From positions 10,049,724 to 10,113,723 of the forward strand of contig NC_058130.1 in assembly GCF_016433145.1 (NCBI RefSeq): a DNA stretch of 64,000 nt. The letters are read 5' to 3'. This stretch comes from Gracilinanus agilis (lineage: Eukaryota). A model generated the notes under the pieces. It saw only the letters and a list, made by a program, of their open reading frames with translations, was not told the DNA's origin and ran no database searches. Shown here piece by piece: positions 37,215 to 46,260 of the stretch (its first letter is position 1; each line of letters starts with the position of its first letter). The position numbers and the translations under genes are program-made.

Positions 37215-37293
37215 AATTGCAATCAGTTACACTGGATCCTGTAAGATGGGAGTTCCCAGCACAACATCATTAATCTGTGTAGACAGAGCAATT
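37215..37293 (-). promoter_or_regulatory. SELENOK: SECIS element (type II) in the SELENOK 3'UTR
   Basis: Minus strand reads AATTGC-[TCTGT CTAC ACAGA]-TTA-ATGAT-GTTGTGCTGG-G-AAC-TCC-CATCTTACA-GGA-T-CCAGTGTAAC-TGAT-T-GCAATT. It has the UGAU/UGAU quartet, a 10-11 bp helix II, unpaired AA at 37254-37253, a mini-stem, and helix I AATTGC/GCAATT. Confidence 0.93.
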
Positions 37294-37398
37294 CCTTCAG
37301 ACACAAATCCCTATGTTCCTCCAAGGTCAATACTTGACTTTTCTTTTTCTTTGTGGAAGGAAGGGTGTGTCTCCTTGCCTACTTCTCAGAGCAGGCAT

Positions 37399-37402
37399 TT
37401 AC
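37399..37402 (-). CDS. SELENOK: SELENOK exon 5 coding part (G + TAA)
   Basis: Acceptor ...TTTCCTCTACTAG|GTAAATG completes AG|G (Arg), then stop; followed by the SECIS-bearing UTR. Confidence 0.88.
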
Positions 37403-37678
37403 CTAGTAGAGGAAAGGAAAATAGTTAGCAGGAGCATTGAAATGATTTCATACCTAAGCATGTAGCCATATGACTAAGATATGAGGCAGCAAAGCTAGTA
37501 TGTTAACTAAATTAACTATTTATGCATATTGTCAATATTTTAAGTAAAAATTGAACAGTTTGATGGAAGTGAGTACTGTTCCAAATGTGGTTTTCTATTA
37601 AAAACATCCACAGTAATAAGATTAGGAATTGTTTTAGAAACAAAAATACTTTCAAAATAACACAAGAGATTCAATTAC

Positions 37679-37765
37679 CTTCCTCATCCACCAGCCATTG
37701 GAGGAGGGCTGGGGCCCTTCATGTGATTTATCCGGCCCATTCTGCGGCGAGGATTTCCTGGAGGC
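37679..37765 (-). CDS. SELENOK: SELENOK exon 4 (PPGNPRRRMGRINHMKGPSPPPMAGG-U-G-R), Sec UGA at 37686..37684
   Basis: 87 nt; AACAG acceptor; AAG|GTAATT donor; typical SelK C-terminus MAGGUGR. Confidence 0.95.
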
Positions 37766-38471
37766 CTGTTTGGGAGGGGAAAAAAAAATCATACCAAGTA
37801 CATACTCTGGGAAGCAGAGTTTCCCAAGAAGTCCTGAGATCTTCTCAACTCTACAAAGGATCCCTTTTCTGGCTTCCACATGTACAATACCAGCCCCACA
37901 GCATAGTGAAACTTTAGGGACTCCCAGCAGTGAATTCCCTGATTGGTCAACCAACATATCCTATGATTTTGGGAAAACAAGTCAGAGTCAAAGAAGTGAG
38001 AGATGCAATGTATTCAAGCAGAAAAATAAGAGTTTAAAGTTAATCTCCAAGTTTACTTAAAACTTAAAAGAGTTAGTGGCTAGGTGGCACAGTAGATAGA
38101 AAGACTCAATTCATGAGTTCAAATCTGGCCTCAGACACTTCCTAGATGTGTGACTCTGGGCAAGTCACTTCACCTTGCTTGCCTCAGCTTCATCTCTAAA
38201 ACGAGCAGAAGAAATGGCAAATCATTCCGGCATCTCTGCCAGGAAAACCCCAAATGAGGTCACGAAGAAGCGTATGTTTAGAGCTGAAAAAGCCCTTGAA
38301 GGCTGGCCACCTTCTCCTCCATCATCTTACAAATGAGGAAACTGAGGCCCCCAGGCCATTAAGATCATTGCAGAGGTGGGGTCTGAACCAGAAGCTTAGC
38401 AATAACATGCTAATTTATTTTTTAGCTATATTATTTCTCCTTCTAGAGAAGATTTTCAAAAAGCAATGTAC

Positions 38472-38552
38472 CCTCTTCCATCATCATAACGGGAATCAGA
38501 TGAGCTGACGCAGCCTCTTCTTTTCACATCTTGTTGAAGCAGACTTTTGAAA
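38472..38552 (-). CDS. SELENOK: SELENOK exon 3 (FKSLLQQDVKRRGCVSSSDSRYDDGR)
   Basis: 81 nt; TTTCAG acceptor; GG|GTACAT donor. Confidence 0.93.
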
Positions 38553-39044
38553 CTGAAAAAAGAGAGGAAATGAGAAAGGCAAAAAATAGGTGTGAAAGTA
38601 GGTTCCAGTTTTAACCAGACTTTGCAATGGATCTTAAATGGAAGAAAAGTATATTCTGTTAAGGCTTGTTAGGCATGAACTCATTAACCAAAATGTGCAG
38701 AGCAGACAGTCAAAGCTATGCAGGTCTAAGCCCTGGGGCATATGAGGATGCACTGCTTTGACAGCTGCTTGAAGCAAACACTCAGAGTGGATTTGTCTTT
38801 CAAAAAGATTTCTACCCATTCCCACTGGCCAGGCCTCTGCAGTCACACCCCCACACACATACCCAAGGTCTCCAAAACCTTCAGATAGGACTCAGTTATT
38901 CTGTGTTGCTTCTATACAAATCAAAATGTGCTATATATGCAAACCAATGAGCTCTTTGGAGGGAAACAGACTCCTCCTGAATTACATGGTCTTGAGTACC
39001 AGGGAATAGGCTTTTTTCCTTTTTCTTTAAAAAACAACAAATCT

Positions 39045-39248
39045 GGGGGCAGCTGGGTAGCCCAGTGGATTGAGAGCCAGGCCTAGAGACGGGAGGTCCT
39101 AGATTCAAATCCGGCCTCAGACACTTCTCAGCTGTGTGACCCTGGGCAAGTCACTTGACCCCCATTGCCCACCCTTACCAATCTTCTGCCTCGGAGCCAG
39201 TACACAGTATTGACTTCAAGATGGAAGGTAAGGGGTTTAAAAAAAAAA
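39045..39248 (+). mobile_element. SINE1_Mdo-like SINE in SELENOK intron 2
   Basis: Full head GGGGGCAGCTGGGTAGCCCAGTGG; A tail; short AAATCT TSD. Confidence 0.88.
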
Positions 39249-39877
39249 ATCTCCCCTAGTCTAGCACATTTGCATGGAAAAAATGCTGGTTGAATCAGCA
39301 GGTGTTGGTATAGAGTAAAATGAGCCCAGATGACCACAGTGCTCACTGGCTGTCCTATCCCTATCAGGAATCCACTATTCATGGACTGAGCCATGCTTGA
39401 CACAGAGTGGTTTAGAGCTGATTTTACTGCTCATAATAAGGCAGCAATAAAATACAATCAGATAAAAAATTACTAAGAAAAGAAAAATGGAGTTTTTGAG
39501 AGATCATCCCCAAAACATAAGGGGATGTTGCCATTCAAAATCTCCCTCTGACACCAGTTCCGTGGCCATGGACCCATCTACTTCACTTCTGAGGTCATCT
39601 CAGGGGAGCGTCGGGAAGAAGGACCACCAGAGTGACAGAACCTCAGGCCTCAAAGTTTAAACTCATCATGGAGAGGGATGTCCATTGCTAGCCACAGGAG
39701 AGACAGCTCAGGTCCACACACAGGAACCCCCCCCCCCCCCCCCAGTGGAGATTTACGGAAGGATGTAGGTGAGAAGTTGTGGATGGGATGGGATAATATC
39801 TGAACCTCTGGAAGAATGACAAGGTCACAGATTTAACATATAAAGGAAGTTTAATAGGCATATGTAGTGATACTCAC

Positions 39878-39968
39878 AACATGATCACAAAGTCGGCGAT
39901 TCCCCAAAAGAGATCTGTTATAAATGATAAACTCCATAGTGACCGATTCCGGCTATCCAAAACTTGTC
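39878..39968 (-). CDS. SELENOK: SELENOK exon 2 (QVLDSRNRSLWSLSFITDLFWGIADFVIM), TM region
   Basis: 91 nt; TGTAG acceptor; TT|GTGAGT donor; SelK FWGI..FV motif. Confidence 0.94.
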
Positions 39969-40188
39969 CTACAATCAATGAAAGAAAAACAGAAGAAGCT
40001 AAAAGAGCAACATTGTAATTGAGAAATGTCATTTATAACAGGTATTGCATTAAAATGTGAAAGTAAACCCTTCATTAGTCACCGACTCCTAATGGATTCA
40101 GGTTTTCAAGCATATATTCTATCCTAAAAAAAAACCAACAACAACAACAAAAAAAACAACTCCCAAATACAGGAAGTCCTGAAAAGCA

Positions 40189-40232
<44 letters not shown>
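40189..40232. repeat. (ATCT)n microsatellite
   Basis: About 11 units. Confidence 0.95.
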
Positions 40233-40384
40233 CTCCTTCCTTCCTTTTCTCTCTCCCCTCCCCCCAAGATGAGCAGCTCTAGTGAACCCCAAGCTTTATT
40301 TGGACTGCCTGGGAGCTTTTAAGAAGAGTCTGCTCCCCTGCCTATGTGGAAATGTCAGTAGGAGCATGTTAAAAATGTCAGAGC

Positions 40385-40588
40385 TTTTCTTTTTAAACCC
40401 TTAGCTTCCATCTCAGAATTGATACTGTGTACTGGTTCTAAGGCAGAAGAGCAGTAACGGCTAGGCAATTGGGGTTCAGTGACTTGCCCAGGGTCACACA
40501 GCTAGAAAGTGTCTGAGGTCAAATCTGAACCCAGGACTTCCCATTTCTAGGCCTGGCTCTCTATCCATTGAGCCACCAAGTTGCCCCC
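40385..40588 (-). mobile_element. SINE1_Mdo-like SINE
   Basis: Reverse complement of the family consensus seen elsewhere in the window. Confidence 0.8.
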
Positions 40589-43559
40589 ACTTATAAGCTT
40601 TGAAAATGGTACCCTGTGTGTTCATTATCGCCTATGAGAAAAGTTTCAGGACTTCATTCATTTCAAAACAAAATAAAGACCTTTGTGCAATAGAAATTGG
40701 AATTTTCAAACACAAAAACCACATGTTTATGCAAGATATATTTGAACAAGTGACCATTGTTGAATTTCCCCTGTTGTTGGGTCCTGGAGGGTTGGCACAA
40801 CTTCCTCACTGCTAGTCTATCAGCTCCACCTCCTAGGATGATCTTGCTTTTGCTCTGAGGCTTTCCCCTCCCCTCTTCCTCACCTCTTCAATGGACACTC
40901 AGTCTAGGCTGGCACCTGGGGCATTTTTACCATGTGTACAAACCCTAAGACACCTTGTGTTTGACCAGGTTTGGGGCCATTCCCACTCTGCTAAGGGTTC
41001 TCCAGCCAAGTTAAAGGGACAGCGGAGTTGCCAAGCAGTGCTGGACAAAAGCTGGGCTACATAGTCTTATTTTATCATGCCATTAAATGTAATCTGACTT
41101 GGTGGGTTGAGCCCAACTCCATAAGGGGAAAAAAAAGGACTTTGGATGGAAACAATGACTTCCATTCCTTGCTTTTGAGAAAATAAGAGCTGGGCCAAGT
41201 CTTTCAAAGGCAAACACAACTGACAAAACAGTGAAGCCCTGAAGCCTGGCAAGTATTTAATGCTGAAAATGGGAGAAGAGACTATTAACTCTCTGGAGTC
41301 CCAAACCTTTAAGTATTAGAGAAAGAACAGAGACCTACGGGTTAAAACAAACAAATGAACAAAAAGTGCCTAGACTATGGGAAGAAGGAAAAGCTTACTA
41401 CTTTTTAATATAGTAAGATGGCAATTGGGGCACCATAGGGAAATAATTTTTCCAACATGGAGTTGGGGGACAGGTAGGATTAGAGATACTCTAAATCTCA
41501 TTTTTATCTTGTCTGGGCTAGGGAAGGTTCAAACTTTGTTATCCTGGTAGAAATTAAAGTACGAAAGGGACTAGGCTGGGACAGGGGAATGGGGGTAGGT
41601 GTGGGGTCCAAGCTGAAACAAACTAGCTAAGGGAGGGCTAATGACAAAGAAAAAAATGGTCCAACCCTCTGATCTGTGTCCAGCCTAGAAGAAGGGAGAG
41701 AGCAGACTGGGATCCATGGGGTTGTTCTAAGCAATATAAACTAGATACCTACGGCTGAGTTTGTTCTTTTTTTTCTTTTCTTTTTTCTTCTGAAGTGGGG
41801 GAAAAAAAGAGAAGAAGTATTATAACAGATTTGATAATGGGAAAAATCAATTTAACAGTCCTAACTGGGAAAGGAGAATGGGATAAACTAACAATAAACT
41901 ACAGTCATCTACAGTGAACCTGAGAGTGGAACCCAGTCTAAATAATTGGTTATTTTACAAAGACAAATAAAGCCTCACAAAGACTTAACAATGATAGGGT
42001 AGAGAAAAATGTATTATCCCTCAGCAGATTCCAAAAAAGAAGGAAGAGGCAGAGTATTTTAGAAAGGTAGTGGTAAAACAGACACAGTTTAAGAGCTGAG
42101 AGTTTATGCCATGTGAGGATTAAGAAAATGAGGAATTTGGTCTGGAAGAGAAGATGGGTAAGAGGGTGTTTTACCTCCCCTTAAGTATATGAAGGGTTTG
42201 GCTGTCCTGTGGAAATGTGGGGGGGGGGGGGAGGGAAGGGGGGTTAAGCCTCTTTTAAGCCTCTTTTTGGCTTCGCTCCAGAGGGTAGAGGAGCAGCAAG
42301 GGGAGTGAGGGGGACAAAAAGAAGCAATTTAAGTTCTCTATTTTGTGACCTCCCAACAAGTGTTGTGCTGAAATGCAGGGGGTACCTGTAAGAATGGTGG
42401 GCTCCTCCTCCTAAGAGCTCCTTCCAGAAGAGACCAGATGACCCCATGCTGAGTCCACTAGTGAGGATTCTTCTTAGAGTGTGTTAGACTCAGTGGCCAC
42501 TTAGGGGTCTTTCCATTCTGGAATTCTGTGGGCCCTAACTGCTGACACTCATGACAGGTGGGCAAGAAAGGTGGGAGGAATCTGGACTGTAAGGCTGACC
42601 AAATTGCCAATCCCTGGCCAGCTAGGGAGGCTGGCCTCCTCATTAGCACAACTCCAAAAATTAGAGTCAAACCACCTCCAGCATGACTCAACTGTGGCTT
42701 CTACTTGCTTACTGATCACTACTTCTTTCATCCCTGGAACAACCATGATTTCCTAATTGCCAAATCCAATGGCCTTTCACAGTGCCTGTCTCTACATTTA
42801 AAGGCAGGTTACTTCAGCACCTTCCTCGGGGAATACCTCCTCACTCATCTTGGTACCTCACTCCCTCCTTTGGTCTCCTAGAGGGCCTTCCTTTCCTTTC
42901 CCCCTTCAATCAGCATTCCCCAAAGGTAGGGGTGGATCCTCTCCCTCTAAGGTCTTCCCCTTGGGCTGATTTAATTCACTTCCAAAGCAGTGTAGTAGGC
43001 TTGTAAGCTGCCAGTGAGAGATCACTAAATCTAACACTTTCAGCCACAAAGCTCTAAGGCTTCAGGCCACATTTCTAACTAATGAATTGCATTAAACCTC
43101 AAAACAGATATTCTCAAACCCACTTCAGCATCCATTCCTCAATTGGCTCCTCCTCCGGGCCTGGAGATGGGAGGTCCAGGTTCCAATCTGGCCCATACAC
43201 TGCCTCGCTGTGTGATCCTGGACATGTCACTGAACCCCTATTGCCAAGACCTCTCAGCTCTTCCGCCTTGGAACTGATACTCAGTATCGATTCTAAGGCG
43301 GAGGTTCGGGCTGGACTCGATGATGAGATGGAGAGTTCTTTCCCTCATTCCTCAGCTAAGCCAAAGCCCAACTCGCTGGAAGTCTGGGTCCTCGGGCCTC
43401 TCTTCTTCTCCCATAGCTCCACACGGGTCGATTTACCCCAGGAGCCGGACCTCCCCCAGCCCACCCCGCCCCGCCCATGCCCTAAGCATTAGATCTGGAA
43501 GAGCCTGGCTGCGACAGCGCCCACAGGCCGGCTCTTCTACAGTCTTCCTGGTGCTCACA

Positions 43560-44340
43560 CTGGGGTGCCCAGGAGAGACCCGAGAGTGTTAAAAGACCGG
43601 CCCTCGTTCCCTTTTTCCATCGCTTTCGGGTGTCCCCGGCCTGACGGGTCCCGGGGCCGGAAGCGCAAGCTGACCCCTGTGAGGCAACACCGAAGAGCGC
43701 TCCAGTCCTTCGCTCTGGCCAAGGCTTTGGGCGCCGATCAGTCCCTCCCGGTGTGTGGACACAACAGGATGGGGAGTGGGGCTGCGGGTGTCCGGCCCCC
43801 CGGGACCGCCCGTCACCGCGGGGAATCTCCCTGCTCTGGGGCCGCAGCTCAGGATCAGCGCCCCAGCCCGGCTGCGCTCTATCCCTCCCTCGGTCCCAGC
43901 TCGGCCTGCGCTATCGCCGCCGGAGCCCCTGGGGGGGCCGAGGCCGCTCCCCTCCCTTGCCCGCCCCGCGTCGAGGAGCCTTCCCGAGCCTCCAGCGGCC
44001 CCCCGCGGCGCACGAAGCGCAGGTCTTCAGCTCACCATTCGAGATGTAGACCATGGCGCCACTCCCGCCCTCCGTCCGCGGTCTTCTGTGTTTTCCTCCC
44101 GGCTTCCGTGGCTGCACCGGTGACACGCCTCCTCTACTCCGGCGACCCCAGCGTCACAAGGTGGGGCCTCACGCAAGAGCGATCTGGGCGAAGCTCATTG
44201 GCCGCGCGGGCGGGGGCACGGCGAGAGCCGAGCGTGCGCCGTTACACATATCACAGCGACAATGGTGGGAAGGACGAGGGGCAGCACGTGACCGGAAGTT
44301 GCCTCACCGCGCCGCCTGAGGGCCTCCGTTCTTAGAGACT
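43560..44340 (-). promoter_or_regulatory. SELENOK: SELENOK CpG-island promoter: CCAAT/ERSE-like, E-box and ETS motifs
   Basis: CCAAT (-) 44201..44197, then N9 and CCAGA; CACGTG 44285..44290; CCGGAAGT 44292..44299; GC boxes. Confidence 0.7.
44036..44054 (-). CDS. SELENOK: SELENOK exon 1 coding part (MVYISN-G)
   Basis: Strong Kozak GCCATGG; 19 nt; ATG|GTGAGC donor. Confidence 0.94.
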
Positions 44341-44999
44341 TTTTGCCTTTGGATTTAGATCCTCCTGTCGTCCCGTAGGTGTCCCCTAATTATCTGGGAG
44401 CTTTCTCGTCTAAACGTAACCGGGAGCCCTAGTTGTTCCCCTTAGTGACCTGGCGCTCCCAAAGAGGTCAGGCCACCGCCGACTTAGGTCAGGTACACTG
44501 TAGGCACCTAATCAGTGTCGGTTGCTTAATGCCCCCGGGAGTGGGGCTCAGCCCGGAGCCAAGTGGGACGGAGGACGAGTCCTTCCACTGCCTCCAAGCC
44601 AACGCCCTTTGCAGCTCTGCCCACGAGATTTACCAGGCCCCCACTAGCGGGGAGAATCCAGACCTCCATAGGAGACAGCCCAGACCCAGGCAGTGGCCCA
44701 TGCCGTGCCGCCCTTTGGGAGCTGACCGCCGTTGCCAGCTTCTTCTCATTAGACATGTTTTCCTCCAGTAGCATGGAAGTTGCCCTGCAAAAAGTGGCGC
44801 CATTTTGGCCTCACAGCTCCAGAAACCCAATAGAGTGGAAGAAATGCTGGCGTTGGAAGCAGCGGTGACCACCCCGTACACAACCGTACCAAAATGAATG
44901 AATCCTGCTCAAGGAATGAGAAAGACTGAGAGTGTCACCTGGCAGAAATGACGCCCCGTCTGCATATTTGGAGGCGGCCCCCAATAATCCAAGCGACCT

Positions 45000-45720
45000 T
45001 GTTAAGCTGGATAAAAAACCCCACAGAACTATTAAATAGTCAGAAAAACCACTTCTTAATGAAGGAGAGGAGTTTGGCATAATCCCTCAATGGCCTCCAC
45101 ACAGAACTGCCCACTCCAAACCCACACAGACCCCCTGAGACTGGCTGCTCTGGGCACCGACCCCTGGGAACTTGCCACCCAGGCTAGATGGACAGCTCTG
45201 AAGAATAAAAGAAATTGAGAAGCTTATATACCTTTTCAGGGAAATATGATCGACATAACCATGGCTATAAGGAAATGGAAGAGTTCAAACTACACTGACA
45301 GGCTTGGGAAAGGAATCCTAGGCTAGAGGCTAGGGTGTAAGGGAATGGACTACTTACAATGGATCCTACAAAGGACAGTCCCGGCTCAGGGGTTGTTCTT
45401 CTCGGGAAGGATCTCTGATATTTTGGGAGAGACTACTTAAGACAAAAAGAGTACTTAGCATTTGCTTAGCCCCACCTAACTGGGATTATCATTTACTTTA
45501 GGGTCTATTATTCAGTCTGAAACTGGCTGAATCTGTGACCTCCACAGAGGCAAACTACTGGGACAAAAGGGCAAACTTGGGATCTTCATCTTTCAAGCTA
45601 ACTAAATTTTGGGGAGCTTTCAGATCCCACTTGGCTACAAGTTTGGGGGTTTCTAAATTTCATATGGACACTTTAAAAAATACATTCTGTATTTTTGATA
45701 TCTCATCTAATTTTGATATC
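45000..45720 (-). mobile_element. LTR-like element (copy 1 of 3) upstream of SELENOK
   Basis: Terminus TGTTAAGCTGGA; colinear similarity to 55485-56115 and (reverse) 56317-57182, e.g. CAGAACTATTAAATAGTCAGA; orientation inferred. Confidence 0.65.
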
Positions 45721-45929
45721 TGAGAGATGGGAGAATCTCTCCTTATCTAAAAAAAGAGGCTCTTTTGAAGCTTACATAGCCCTTGCTACAACTTTTAGAA
45801 GGATCTTGAGTTTTTTGCAGCTAATTATAAATTGAGGGGGCAGGGTGATTGGGTTGCCCTGCTTATTCCCCAATATTTTACAGCTAATGCTCTCTGAATG
45901 AATATTTGTATGGCAAACACAACAAACTC

Positions 45930-46260
45930 TAAAAGGAGAAAGCAAAGCCTAGTTCGATGATACAAATCTATGACGAGACTAGTAGCCATTTTCGATGACA
46001 CTCACCACATACAGAGGATGAAACATTTTCTGTAGTGTAGTGTAGACACTTTGTGCATTATAGACAACAATTGTACCTATATTAATTTATCTGTTTTGGT
46101 TTATTAAATACAGTTATGTATTACAATTATACATTATTGTTATTTAAACTATAAATATTGCGAAATTAAGGTGTTTTTTTCTCGAAGTGACACACCACCC
46201 AAGTTTTGCTTGTTTTTTTGACAAATTTTGACACCAAGCTCAAAAGGTTGCCCATCACTG
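45930..46260 (-). mobile_element. hAT (Charlie-like) DNA transposon terminal fragment
   Basis: Ends in AGGTTGCCCATCACTG (CAGTGATGGGCAACCT on -) at 46245..46260, a typical hAT TIR; other end not found. Confidence 0.7.

Noticed and set aside
43565-44335. 256-aa plus-strand ORF
   Set aside because: CpG-island shadow across SELENOK exon 1
44526-44881. Minus-strand ORFs with an AAAATGGCG start, suggesting a retrocopy
   Set aside because: No recognisable parent protein, polyA tail or TSD
44965-44999. TGGGGGC as a tRNA-Pro primer binding site after the LTR
   Set aside because: About 16 nt from the LTR end and only 7 nt match
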